Source: the human T2T-CHM13v2.0 reference genome, Homo sapiens
NCBI RefSeq assembly: GCF_009914755.1
Contig: NC_060925.1
Direction: 5' to 3' (one strand)
DNA: 64,000 bases
The stretch's first letter is position 1. Each line of letters starts with the position of its first letter. The notes under the pieces are model-generated. The model was not told the DNA's origin. It saw only the letters and a list, made by a program, of their open reading frames with translations, and did not search any database. Below are positions 36,372 to 50,660 of the stretch, piece after piece. The position numbers and the translations under genes are program-made.

Positions 36372-36759
36372 ATACTATGCAGCCATAAGAAAGGATGAGT
36401 TCATGTCCTTTGTAGGTACATGGATGGAGCTGGAAACCATCATTCTGAGCAAACTATCACAAGGACAGAAAACCAAACACCACATGTTCTCACTCATAAG
36501 TGGGAATTGAACAATGAGAACACTTGGACACAGGATGGGGAACATCACACACCGGGGCCTGTCATGGGGTGGCGGGAGGGGGGAGGGATAGCATTAGGAG
36601 ATATACCTAATGTAAATGATGAGTTAATGGGTGCAGCACACCAACATGGCACATGTATACATATTTAACAAAACTGCACGTTGTGCACATGTACCCTAGA
36701 ACTTATAGTTTAAAAAAAAAAAAGAACTAATTCAGCAGATTGACTTTTTTGGAAAAAAA
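36372..36759 (+). mobile_element. L1PA5/6 3' fragment with extra 3' sequence
   Basis: L1 3'UTR, A12, 29 nt of non-L1 sequence, A-run; TSD AAAAATTGTTCCA(C/T)GTA. Confidence 0.93.
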
Positions 36760-37256
36760 TTGTTCCATGTATATTTGGTAGCTGTTTAATAACATTTTCT
36801 ATAAATGTCTGTTAGGTCAATTTGGTCTACAATGCAGCTTAAATCTAATGTTCCTTTGTTAATTTTCTGTCTAGATGATCTGCCTTATGCTGAGAGTGGG
36901 ATGTTGAAGTTTCCAACTGTTAGTGTTGGAGTATGTCTTTTGCTTTAGACTGAGTAATATTTGGTTTACATATCTGGGTGCTCCAATGTTGGATGCATAT
37001 ATATTTAGAATTTTTATATCTTATCGGTGAACTGATCTTTTTATCATTATGTAATGACCTTTGTTTCAGTTTACAGTTTTTGGCTTAAAGTCTGTTTTAT
37101 TTGATATAACTGCTCCTGCTTGCATTAGGTTTCAATGTGTGTGGAATATCTTTTCCCATCCCTTTACCTTCAGCCTATATGTGTCTTTATAGGTGAAGTA
37201 AATTTCTTGTAGGTAGCATATAGTTAAGTCATTTTTCTTTATTCATTTAGTCAGTC

Positions 37257-37659
<403 letters not shown>

Positions 37660-39164
37660 TAATTTGTTTAAGTTTGAGGCTATTACTGATATGTGAAGAC
37701 TTATTCCTATCACTTTGTTAACTGTTTCCTGGTTGTTTTGTATGTTTTTTTTCCTTTTTTCTTTCCTATTGTTTATCTTTGCAGTTGGGTTATTTTCTGT
37801 ACTGGTAACATTTAAATATTTTCTCTTCCTCATCTGCATACTAGCTCTATCAGTAAGTTATATATTTTCATGATGGTAGATATTGTTATTCTACTTCCAG
37901 ATACAGGACTCCCTTAAGCATTTTTTGTAGGCCATGGTCTAGTGGTGATGAATTCCTTCAGCTTTTGCTTGTCTGGGAAATACGTTATTTCTCCTTCGTT
38001 TATTAAGGACAACTTTGATGAGTACAGTATTCTGGACTGACGAGTTTTTTTTCAGCCCTTTATTATATCATTTCGTTTTCTGCAGACTCATAAAGTTCCT
38101 GCTGAGAAATTGCTGTTAATATGAGGGAAGTTCCCTTGCATGTGACTAGATGCTTTTGCTGTTTTTAGAATTCTGTCTTTGACTTTTGACAGTTTAACTA
38201 TAATGTGGATGGAGACAACCTTTTGGGGATCTCTGGGATTCCTATACCTGAAAGTCTATTCCTGCACCTCGATGTCTAGACCTATTGTCTAGACCTATTG
38301 CTAAGTGTTCAGCTATTATTTTGTTAAATAGATTTTCTGTAACTTTGGCCTTCTTTTCATTTTCCAGAACACTCAACATTTGAACATTTGGTCACTTTGT
38401 GGTATCCTACATGTCATATAAGCTTTGTTCATTCTATTCTATTCTATTCTATTTATTTATTTATTTATTTTTGTCTAACTGGATTACTTCAAAATACCTG
38501 TCTTCAGGTTCTGAAATTCTTTCTTCTTCTTGATCTTGCCTATTGTTGAAATTCTCCATTGTATTTTTTACTTCATTCATTGACTTACTCAGTTCCAGGA
38601 TTTCTGTTTGATTCTTTTTTGTGATAGTTATCTCTAGTAAATTTCTCATTCACATACTGAATTGTTTTTCTGATTTCTTTATTTTGTTTACTGTGTTTTC
38701 TTGTATCTCACTGACCTTCTTTAATATCAATTTTTAAAATTCTTTTTCAGGCATTCCATAAATTTCTTTTGCATTGGAATCTACTGCGGAGGAATTATTG
38801 TGTTCTTTTGGAAGTGTCATATTTCCTTGATTTTTCATGTTTCTCATGTCCTTAAGTTGATATCTATGCATCAAGTGTAACAAAAATTTCTTCCAATTTT
38901 TTGAATTGGCTTTTATATGAGAAGATTTTTTTCTCAAGATGTATCTATGGTGTTGATTGGGTAAAGATCTTTACCTTTGACTCTGGATGTGCGCAGTAGC
39001 ATAGTCTCTGTATGATTTATTTGGCTGTAAACAGTGTCAGCAGTGTCTGTGATTTCCTCAGTGTGTTTGGCTGCAATTGTTAGTGGAGGCTGTGATGAGG
39101 CTTTGCTGGGGATGGGGATGCCAGGTGGGCCTGTCCTCTGACCCTAGTGCTGACAGTGGTGGGC

Positions 39165-39542
39165 TGTATTAGTCGGTTCTCACACTGCTATAAAGAACTA
39201 CCTAAGACTGGGTAATTCACAAATAAAAGAGGTTTAATTCACAATTCCACTGGCTGTACAGGAAGCATGGCTGAGGAGGCCTTAGGAAACTTACAACCAT
39301 GACAGAAGGTGAAGAGGAGGGAGTCATGTCTTACATGGCTGGAGCAGGAGGAGGAGAGACAGTGAAGAGGGAGATGCTATACACTTTCTGACTACCATAT
39401 AGTGTGGGAACTCTATCATGAGAAAAGCAAGGAGGAAATCTGCTCCCATGATTCAATCACCTCCCACCAGATCCCTCCTCCAGCACTGGGAATTAAAAAT
39501 CGACATGAGATTCGGATGGTGACAGAGAGCCAAACCACATCA
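39165..39542 (-). mobile_element. MSTA-like solo LTR (MaLR)
   Basis: TGTATTAGTC...CAAACCACATCA termini; 5-bp TSD TGGGC/AGGGC. Confidence 0.9.
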
Positions 39543-42500
39543 AGGGCTGATTCTGTCTGTCTTTGGGGCCCCAGGTGGCAAATGTGGGCAGCAGTGTCAG
39601 TGGGTCCAGGTAGGTCAATCCTTGGACCTCCAGATGCCAGCAGTGACAGCAGTGGGCCAGGAAGGTGGGCAGATGTTTGGGCCCCTGGGCAACATATATG
39701 GTGTGGGCGATGAGAGTACCCAGAAGGTGGCCCAGTGGTGGACCTACCTTCGGACTCCCAGGCAGCACACACTGGTGGTGGTGGCTGCAGCAGGCTGGCT
39801 ATTCCAGGACCCAGGCCCCCAGGTGGCACATCCAGGAAGTTTTCAGAAGTGGTGATAGCTGCAGGCTGGGTGGGCTTGTCCTCAGGCCCCTTGGAGGAGT
39901 GCATAGCTGCCAATCATCATAGACGGGGTGGGGTAATCCCCAGGCCCCTGGGCAGCATACTTAGGCAGTGGGGTTGGGTACCAGGTTGAGCGGGCCTGTC
40001 CTCAGGCCCTTCAGTGATGTTCATGGGCACACACTGTGGCAGGAAAGGTGGCTATCTCCAGGCTCCTGGGTGGCATGCTCAGGGGGAGGGATCAGTGGCA
40101 GCAGTGGGCAGGAAAGCATTTCCAGAGTGTGTGAAAGTATACAGCATCCATGCTGCTGGGTGGCAGGGTTGTTGTCAGTGGCAGCTGTCCCAGGGAGGTG
40201 ACTCTCAGTCTCTGGGGAATGTGTACTTTGGCCCCCGGCAGGGTGTTGGCAGTAGCAGCAGCAGCAGTAGCAGGCCAGGATTGTTGTCCCTCAGGGCATG
40301 TGCAAGTGTGCAGTGGTCTTGCTGCTGAAGGGGGTGGAATTTCTGTTGGTGGCAGCAGGTCCAGGCAGGTGTATCTCAGTCTCTGAGGACCACACTTCGT
40401 CCCAGTGGCAGTGGCAGCAGTGGCTACAGGTGGGGAGAGCCTGTCCTTAGGGTGCATGCATAGGCACCCTGCCCTGCTGCTAGAATGGATGAGGTTGCTC
40501 TCAGTGGCAGCAAGCAGAGTGACTTTCTTGTGCTGGGGAGTGCATGCTTTGGTTCCCTTTGTCCCAGGGATAACCTCTCCAATGCACTATACCATCCATT
40601 CCCTGGGGTATAGTACACTGTGTAAGCTGGAGTGCTGAGGACCCTGCTGCACTGCTGGGTCCAAACAACATTGTCCACTTCAGCCCTCTGGGTGGATGTT
40701 GGGGGATGTCACTGGGGATTCAGAGACATGAAGTTACAGAGGCTCTTGGGCCCCAGGGCAGTATGCAGTCTTGTGGGGGCTGGGCTTTCAAAATGGTGTG
40801 TGCTGCAGCTGCTTGAGTCTCAGAGGATGTATGGGACCCAGCATGAGCTTCCATTCTGGAGCAATGCCATTACACAGACTCCAGACTGCTTCTGATATTA
40901 GTCTCAGGGCCCACAAGGGTCACAGGGCTCTCCCATGGCTAGGATTACAGGAATGTGGGCTGCTGGAGATCTCTCACTTACCCTTTCCCACATGGGGCAA
41001 CCTCACGGGGCTCACAGGCAATCCTGGCTAAACTGGCTGCCTCATTTCCCTTTCTTTCCATGCTTCAGATGTTTCCTGTCACTTTTCTTCTGAATTCCAG
41101 TGTTCTATCTTAGATGCTCCATTTGAAGGGCTATATTGGTTCTTTGTGGAGAAGGTGAGTACCACATATCTGTAGTCAGCCATCTTGAAGCCTCCTTTAA
41201 AGTGGGTTTCTTATACACAACGTATTATTGGATCTTGAATTTTTTTTGTTTTGTTTCACTTTGACACTCTCTTTCTTTTAATTGGTGTATTTACAGCTTT
41301 GACATTTAAAGTGATTATAATATAGTTCAATTAATATCTACTATATTTGTTTACTATTTTCCCCACCTTACCTGCCACAGTGTGTGCCTGTGTGTTCCGT
41401 ATGTTGCCTTTCTATATGTTGCCTTTCTTCTTTGTTCCTATTTTAGTCTTTCACACTTTTTCTGCCTTTTCTGGCTTTAATTGAGCATTTTATATGATTC
41501 AGTTTTCTTTCCTTTCTTAGCATATTAGTTATACTTCTGGTTTTACATTTTTTTAGTGGGTGACCTGGAGTTTTCAATGTATGTTTACAACTAATCTAAA
41601 TCCACTTTCAAATAACACTATACCACTTCACAGGTAGTATAAGTACCTTATAACAATAAAATAATCCTAATTCCTCCCTTCAATCCTTTGTATCATTTCT
41701 GTCATTCATTTCACTTATATATAAGTACATGCAAGCATATATATATTCATGTAAATAAATACATAAGATATATACATAAGCACATATAATTAAATGCATT
41801 GTTATTATTATTTTGAACAAACTATCTGTTAGAACAATTAAAAATAAGAAAAATAAGTTTTTATTTTGCTTTCATTTATTTTATTCTTTCATGCTCCTTT
41901 TGTTATGTAGATGAAGTTTCTGACCTATATTATTTTTCTTCTCTCTAAATAACTTCTTTGAACATTTTTTGCAAAGCAGATCTACTGGCAACAATTTTTT
42001 TTCAAATTTTGTTTGTCTGAGAAAGTATTCTTCTTCACTTATGAAGGATAATTTCTTAAGGTACAGAATTCTAGGTTGCTGGTTTTTCCTCTCAACATTT
42101 TAAATACTTCATGCCACTCTCCTCTTGCTTGCATGGTTTTTGGATGTAATACTTAATTTTGTTACTCTCTGGATGTGTTAATTTCCCCCCTCTGGCTTCT
42201 TTCAGGATTTTTTCTTTGTCTTTGATGTTTGCAGTTTGAAAATGATATGCCTTGATGCTGGTTTTTTGTGGGTTTTTTTGTTTTTGTTTTTGTTTTGGCA
42301 TTTATCTTGCTTAGTGTTCTCTGAGCTTCCTAGATCTGTGGTTTGATGTCTGCAATAATTTAGGGAAATTCTCAGTCATTATTTCTGCAAATATTGCTTC
42401 TGTTCCTTTCTTTCTTCTCCTTTTTATTTCCCCATTATATGTTTGTTACATCTTTTATAGCCATCCGACAGTTCTTGGATATCCTGCTCTGGGGTTTTTT

Positions 42501-45320
42501 GGTCTTTTTTCTCTTGACTTTTTATCTTTGGAAGTTTCTATCATCATATCCTTAAGTTCAGAGATTATTTCCTCAGCCATGTCCAGTATAGCAATAATCC
42601 CATCAAAAGCATTCTTCATTTCTGTCACAGTGTTTTTAATCTCCAGCATTTATTTTGTATTCTTTCTTAGAATTTCCATCTCTCTGTTTACATTATCCAT
42701 CTGTTCTTGTATGTTGTTGACTTTATCCATTAAAATTCTTAGCCTATTAATTATAGTTTTAAAAAATTCCTAGTCTGGTAATTGTAAAATTCCTGTCATA
42801 TCTGACTCTGATTCTGATGTATCTTCTTTTTCCTTGAACTGTGTTTTTGCCTTTTAGTTTGCCTTATAATTTTTTTTTGAAAAGTAGACGAGATGTGCTG
42901 GGTAAAAGAAACTGTAGTCAACAGGCCTTTAGTAATGTAGTGGCAAGGTGTGGGGAGAGGGGAAGCATCCTATAGGCCTGTAATTAGGTCTCAATTCTTT
43001 GGTGAGGCTGTGTCCCTGGACTGTGAAGTTCACCAGTGCTTCTCAGGATTTTTTCCACCTTGGGTGGGACAGAATAGCTACAGAAGTCTGGAGTTGGGTG
43101 TTTACCTTCTCCCAGGTTTGCTAGGCTCTGATAAAAACCTCAGCAGGTTAGGCTCTGGTAAAATTGTTTCTCTGAAGGACAGGTCTTATTAAGAAGAACA
43201 TGTATACATATACACCATAAAATATAAACATATATCAGAAGATAGGAACATATAAAATAGGAACAAATATATCACAAAATGGGAACATTTATACCTTCTC
43301 TCCAAAAGGACAATGGAACTTTTCTCTGATATTCACTGTGAGAACCTGGTAAGACTCCTGGAGGTAAAATTCAAAAAACCATGTGGCCCACCTATGACTG
43401 GACCCCCCTGGAGCTTTTAACTTACAGACTTGTCCTCACTCAGCCTCCAACAATTCATCAGTTGCAGTTCAGGTCTCCTTACCCTGGCACTGGTTCTTGT
43501 GGAAGTTTCTGCTTGTGAGTTTCTGCTCTGGTAAAGCTCTGATTCTCTATATCTGCCTGTCTGTCTTTCCAATTTTTAGGGCAGTGGTTTGTCCTGTGAC
43601 CTCATTTCTCTGACAGATTTTGAGTTGCTGATTTTTCCGTTTGTTTAGCTTTTTACTTGTTATTAGGACAGGGTGGCGACTTCTAAGTTTCTTGCATGCT
43701 GGACTAGAAACTAGAAGTCCCCTACTGTGCTATTTTGATTTAAGTGAAAACTAATGTCCCCAAGGCAGCCCTTAATGAGGACTTTAATGATCTCATACAT
43801 TTTCCACCTAAATAAACACATTTGGTGTGATTTTCTTAACTCCTAATACTCCCCTTCCCTTTCTCTTGGAACTACCTCTGCTTCACCCAGCATAGGCTGC
43901 TGGCAGCCATGTTTATACCATATGACTCTGTACCTGTCCCTAGGACAATTAGATTTTCTCTGATCAGCATTGAGAAAGCCAGTAAATTTGTCTCTGCCTG
44001 TAGCTAAAGTTGGGAGCCATATTCTCTCCCCAGAGTGAAAGAAACAGAGTTTGTCTCCAATGACAAAGACTAAAACAGAGATAAAGGGTGGAATGAAAGA
44101 GAGTCTAGACGCTTTCCAGCTCTTAGTTTCAGTTTTTCTGAAGTGGCCACATTTCCAGTTTGGGGTTCCATGAGACAACCCTAGATTTTGTTGTAATAAA
44201 GTCACACTTTTCTGGTTATGCTCATTCAAATGGATTTCTGTTCCTCATAACCAAAAGGCTCCTACTAAATTTACCAATCCATGAAAAGCAAGAGCAGGAG
44301 TTCTCCAAAAGTCCTTTACTGGGCAAAGGATCTGATTACACAATCGTCCTCATGCTTTCTTTCCTAAGCAATTCAGCAGGGAGGGGGAAGAAGAAATGCC
44401 TGGCAGACTCCTTCCTGATATCTTAGCTCTACTGGATAAACCTCACATATATCCCTGCAACCTTGTCATGCTTCAGTTTTTTCCAACTGTGCAAAAAGAT
44501 AATGTTTGCTGAACCTTCTCCACACAAGTGATATGAGGCTTAAGTAATAAATGCTTGCTATGCATGTTGAATTTCTCAGATTAAATAAAGACAAATGATA
44601 CCCAGTATTACTTGAAAATTTACCACTCAGGGAAATATATTTTCCAGTGACACTACCTTGAGAACTTGGAATATTCTGTTACATATTTTACTTAAATATA
44701 AACCAAAAAGCTGAGACTATCTGTGTGACCCTTTGACCAACAATTTCCCCACTTACAATATCAAGATTTGACACTTGCAATAAATTTTGAATTACCCATG
44801 ATAATATCAGCAAGGGAAAATGAATTAGTAAAATTTACATACTTTCCAGAGTCTTTGTTTCAGGCAGAATCATTGTCCTCCTCTCTAGCAAATGCTAGTT
44901 TCTCCCAGGGAAAGCAGGAAAGGTGCCAACTTTTCCACTTTAAGAGAACAGAGCAGCTGGGGTAGGAACAACCATAAGTACAAAAAGCCCATAGCAAGTC
45001 ATAGAAAAATCACTGTCCTATAGTTTCACCACCTAGGGGTCTAAGAATTGACAAGGAGAAAAGCCTGAATAGACTTGAAATGAGAAAGACAATCAGCAGA
45101 AACTGAATTACATGAAGCTAATGAGACTTAAGCTTCAGGGCCCCTTGCTCGTGTAAATCCCTGTGACAGCTGAGAAATACTGGGAGTGATAGAGGGCTCT
45201 GGAGAGAGGGAAAGCCAGGTAGTGATCGGGAACCATTTATAGGTGTTTCCGGTCAATTGCCTATAAAGGTTTCAGAAGAAAGGATCATAGAGCTCCTGGA
45301 CACAGTAATTTGTTATGATT

Positions 45321-45322
<2 letters not shown>

Positions 45323-45355
<33 letters not shown>

Positions 45356-45446
45356 AGACGGAGTCTCGCTCTGTCGCCCAGGCCGGACTGCGGACTGCAG
45401 TGGCGCAATCTCGGCTCACTGCAAGCTCCGCTTCCCGGGTTCACGC
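45323..45446 (-). mobile_element. 5'-truncated AluYb8/Yb9
   Basis: Minus strand reads CACTGCAGTCCGCAGTCCGGCCTGGGCG (the Yb 7-bp duplication); CpGs intact; ~32-nt pure poly(A); TSD ATGATTTCTTTTT. Confidence 0.96.
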
Positions 45447-46289
45447 ATGATTTCTTTTTATCTAAGAAAATACTATGTACTTAATTTTTCATTTGTAATT
45501 TCATGTCATTTTTTCTGAAGAAGGTACCCTAAATTCTAAATTGTATAAACCTCAGACCTCACATTTCTGTATGTGCAATGATGATCAGGACTGTCCCTAA
45601 ACAAAATAGTAATGTTCTTTCTCCATCCCTCCCACCTGTCCCCTTTTCATCACCTTATTCTGATTCCTACCTTCTCGGACCTTGCCCAGGTCAAGCTCAG
45701 CCTTGTTGCTACAGTTACACCTCATTATTCTGATTTGCCCTTTCTGCTTCTCATCAAAACCAACGTATCCGTCTAGTTCTCTTAGGACCATGCTGACCCA
45801 CTTACATCTTCCCAAGGTGACAATTAGTTGTCTAACAGACTAGTGCTCTACCAAGGCATTGCAGCCTAGAAATGGGTTGGAATAATGGGCTATACTAGAA
45901 GATGGAGTCTTAATTCAGTTAATGAATTTTGGTTGAATTAAAGAAAAATAAGACTTTCATTGTTTATTTAATATTACAAAAGTCATATTTAATTAAGAAA
46001 GTTTAGAAAATACTGAAAAGCCCAAAGAAGATGATCAAATTCACTCTGAAAGAAAAAAGCACTTATAATTCCATCACCATTTGCTAATCCCCAGTAATAT
46101 TTCTTCTGGGCTATTTTTTTTCCTAAGCATATATCAATGTATAATATATGATTACTGTAAAAAATGGAATTAGAATAAAATAATATTTTGGAGCCTAATT
46201 TTCTCACTTAATCTACTGTGAACATTTTCTCCTATCATTAAATATGTATTTACAGGATCATTTTAAGTGGTTGTATAACACTCTATTAC

Positions 46290-46585
46290 ATCAAATTTTT
46301 TATAAATGCCAGAGAGGAAATATTATAATCTTTGCCAGCCATATAGTCTCTGTCAAAATAACTCAACTCTACCATTATAGCATGAAAGAAACGACAGACA
46401 ATATGTAAGGAATAAATGTGGCAATACCTCAATAAGCTTTATCAACAACATCATTTGAGTTTCATATAATTTTCATGTGTCATGAACTATTATATTCTTT
46501 TGGATTTTTTATTCAACCATTTAAAAGGTAAAAACTACTCAGTTCATGAGTGGTACGAAGCTGTGGACCATAGTTTGCCAACCCT
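46290..46585. mobile_element. MER58B-like hAT-Charlie element
   Basis: GCCATATAGTCTCTGTC..ACTCAACTCTACCATTATAGCATGAAAG...CATAGTTTGCCAACCC. Confidence 0.75.
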
Positions 46586-48403
46586 ATATTACATGAATAT
46601 TCCCTAATTTATTCCTCAATCTCATATTGTGGTAGATTTAAATTGTTTCCATGTTTCCTATTATACAAAATACAGTGATGAACAAACTTACAGCAAAACA
46701 TCTGGACCATTGGTGATCATTAAAGTTTGAATCTCTGTTGATAGATTTTTCCTATGGGTATGTAATGGGTTGTTGGCTCAGAGGGCTCTTTGGTGTCCCT
46801 CAGATTGCTCCTCGTTGGTTATTACCTACTTCTCCTTGGAGTAGAGTTGACTCTAGTGGTTGTCAGTTATGACCCTTGTTTTTTCCTCTCTAAGAAAAAT
46901 GCATAAAGTGGCAATGACATAACACAAAGATATCCACCTATCTGTGTTATATACCCAATGTTTCCCAAACATATAGTCCCAGGACATGGGAGAACCCAGG
47001 GAATGTGTCCAGAAACCTAGAATGAGCTCAGAAATCTCCTGACCCCTTTTCAGGATTCTAGACCAAGATCATCAGTGTAAAACAGCTGGGACATCGTTGT
47101 GGAACACTGAACTGGGAATTTAAAAGCAAGTGGGAAAAGTAGAGAGAGACTTTAAAATATTATGCTGTAGTAATAGGGGACTAGCATGGTTAAAATCAAC
47201 CCTCTGATTGAAAACAGTTTAAAAATCTGGGGGATTTTTTTAAGAGAGCGAGAACTTCCAGAGTATGACTTGCAGGACAAAAATCTCAAATAAAAAGGAA
47301 AGTCCAGAGAGGTATACCCAATATATGGCTCCACTTTCCTTATTGACACATATGTTATTTGAAAGTGGTTGAGAAACAAGAAGCTGGGCATAAAGCAGCA
47401 AGTGAGAGGCTGAGAAACTGAGCAGGACTTTGGTCAGACTCCTTGGGCTGGTAGGACAAAAATAAAAGTTCAGAGTCTGCCAAGATCAAGGAGCCCTGGT
47501 GAACACCTGAGGCTTTCATTTGGAATACTGAAGAGCTCCTAGAAGTAAAGCTGAAATAAGACTGATGAAATTTTATGAAAACCAACACTAGTCTTTTAAT
47601 CAGATATGCTCCTTGCTTGGATTAAGTGGTATGCCCCAACGTAAGTGCCTGCCAGAGTGAAAATTTTGCTATTCATCTGAACAGAAAACTGACAGTACCC
47701 ATAGCTTCCAATTCTCTTATAATTTTCATATAAAATGTCCAGTATTCAATCAAAAATAACCAGACATACAAAAAAGAAGAATTTTCTAAAATTCAAGAGA
47801 AAAAAAAGCAGAAAATAAAGTAAAAACAGACCCACAAGATATCTAGATATTGGTATCATCAGCCACTAATTTTAAAATACCAATGATTGATATATTCAAG
47901 AAACTAAATGACAAGGTAGAGAATTCGGCCAGAGAATTGAAAACCAGAAAGAAGAATTAAATGGAAATTTAGAACTGAAAAATAAAGTAAACGAAATAAA
48001 AATTCAATGAATGGTTTTAATAGTAACATACATACAGTTAAAAAGAGAATTGGTGAAATAGAATAAAGGGCAGAATATAATATTCAATTTGAAGCACAAA
48101 GATACAAAAAGATAGAATAAAAAACAAAAAAATGTATAAGAGAAATATGGGGCATGGTGAAAACATCCAATATAGAAATAATGGGGGTCCAAAAGAGAAA
48201 CAATAATATAAGGAAGAGGTAATATTTGAAGAGAAAACGGATTCAAATTTTACAAAAACAAAGAGATCAGTCCACACATTAAAGAATTTCTATGAACTCC
48301 AAGTAGGAGTTAAACAAAAAACAAAACAAAACAAAAACTTCTAGGTATATTATAGTTAAATTGCTGCAAATAGAGATAAAGAAAAAATGCTAAAATAGCC
48401 AGA

Positions 48404-48950
48404 TGAAGTGGTTTTAAATATATGTCTAAAATTTTTTAATACTTTTTTCTTTAAGACATGAAACTTACTTCCCTTCTCTTTTAGTATTTGTTGAATTGAC
48501 TTCTAATAAAGACAATACAGGAAATGTGACAATGTGTCTCCTTTGAGATGAGGTTATGAAAATACTGTAGCTCCCATCTTGGGCATTCTCTTTCTGTCTG
48601 TCTTGGATAAACTAATCTGGGGGAAGCCAGTTTTCATGTCATATATAGGCTGTGGAGAGGTCCATGTGTTGAGGAACTGAAGCTTCCAGCCAACAGCCAG
48701 CCAAAAACGAGGTCTTCCAATACCACGTGAGTGAGCTTGGAAGCAGATTCTCTAGTCCCAGTCAAACTTTGAGATGACTAAAACCCTTACAGACATCTTG
48801 ATGGTAACCTTGTGAAACAGGTTACAGAAGCACCTAACTAGTCATTCCCAGACTACTGACCATAAGAAACTATGTAAAATAATAAATACTTGTTTTTTAA
48901 GCTGATAAATTGTGGTATAATTTGTTATGCAGCAATGTATAATTGATACA
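48404..48950 (+). mobile_element. MLT1E/F-like solo LTR
   Basis: TG...TTGTTATGCAGCAATGTATAATTGATACA; TSD CCAGA/CCAGC. Confidence 0.85.
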
Positions 48951-50632
48951 CCAGCCAAAAAACACATGTTACTTCAAGAGCAATAATAAAACCAACAGAT
49001 AAATTTTCAATAGAGTAACAAAGCCAAAAGGAAATAGAATTATTATCTTCAAAATACTAAAATGAAACACTACAACCTAAACATCATACCTGATAAAAAT
49101 ATTCTTCCCAAATAAAGGTGAAATAAGTACTATTTGGACAAACTAAAACTGAGATAATTCATTAGCAGCAGTCCACACTAAAAGAAATACTAAATGGTAG
49201 AAAATAAGTGATCCAAAGTGGAAGCATAGAATGAAGAATGAAATGGATACATATTAATTAATATTGATGGTTTGAAACATAATAGTAATATCCTATGGAG
49301 TATAAAATAAGAACAGAATTAAAGTACATGTCAATAATGGCATAAAGGCAGGAGGGTGGTAAATATAGCTGAGGTATTCTAAAGTCTTGCATTGTCCCAA
49401 AAAGTGGGAAAAAATATTAATTTCTATTAGACTCTACTAAGTCAAGAATGCTTATAATCTTTAAGGACACCTCTAAAATAACAGTAAAATAATGTATAAT
49501 TAACAAGTTAATGAGGCATAATAAAAAATGAAGTCATAATAATAAATAATTAAGCCCCACAAAAGAAGGAAAGGATAGTGAACAGAGAACAGGTAGGACA
49601 AATAGAAAATAAATAATAAGATAGTAGATTTAAACACAACACTATCAATAAGTATATTAAGTATGAATGCAATAAAAACTACAACTACAATTAAAATACA
49701 TAGATTGCCATACTGAATAAAAACATAAAACTTGATTATACATCTTATATATAAAACACTGTACCCCAAAACTGAAATATAATCATTTTTGTCCAATGCA
49801 CAGAAGACACATACCAAAATCAAATATATTCTGAGCCTCAAAGCAAGCCTCAATAAATTGCAAGGAAACAAAATTGTATTCAGTATATTGTGTGACCACA
49901 GTGGAATTAAGCTACAAATCAACAAGAAAAGATAAGAAAACCTCCGAATGTTTGGAACTAAGCAATGCATTTTCATGTAGCCTGTGTATCAAAGAACAAA
50001 TCATAATAAAAATTAGATATTTTAATTGAATGATAATGAAAAATTACATAATTAGAGAATGCAACTAAAGAAATACATTAAAGAAAATTTCTAGTTTTAA
50101 GTGCATGTAGGAGAAAAGAATGAAAGCTGAAAATGAATAATCACAAAAATTTGGACAAGATAACAAATTAAATCCCCCCAAATAGAAAAGAACATAATAA
50201 AAAACAAAAATAATAAAATAAAAAACAAATATATAATATAAAAATGTACATTAGAGAATTTTTTGAGTAAAAAACTGATTTCTGAAAAGTGACAAATCCT
50301 CAGTGAGACTGATCAATAACAAAAGAGAGTAGAAAAAAATAATATTACAATGAAAAATGGGACATCAATATAGACTCTGCAGATACTACAAAAATAATAA
50401 AGGGATTATTTTGAGCAATTTTGTGGCAAATTTTTTTAAATTTAAAATAAATGGATAATTTTTAAAGCACAATTTACCAAAATTGAAATAGAAATGTAAA
50501 ATCTGAATATGCCTGCATCCATTTAAAAAGGTATATCTACAATTTAATACCTTCCTACTCAAAAAATTCCAAACCTAGATTTCTTCATCAGGGAAGTTGT
50601 TCAAATAAGTGAAGAAGAAATTGAATTACTCT

Positions 50633-50660
50633 AACAACAACAACAACAACAACAACAACA
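50633..50660. repeat. (AAC)n microsatellite
   Basis: Direct observation. Confidence 0.9.

Noticed and set aside
38273-38301. Tandem 13-bp duplication TGTCTAGACCTAT, plus similar ones at ~41400 and ~59810
   Set aside because: Ordinary slippage duplications inside dead L1s; not an array and not CRISPR-like.
39402-41031. Dense overlapping ORFs on both strands
   Set aside because: Expected from the GC-rich, stop-poor L1 5'UTR and MST LTR.
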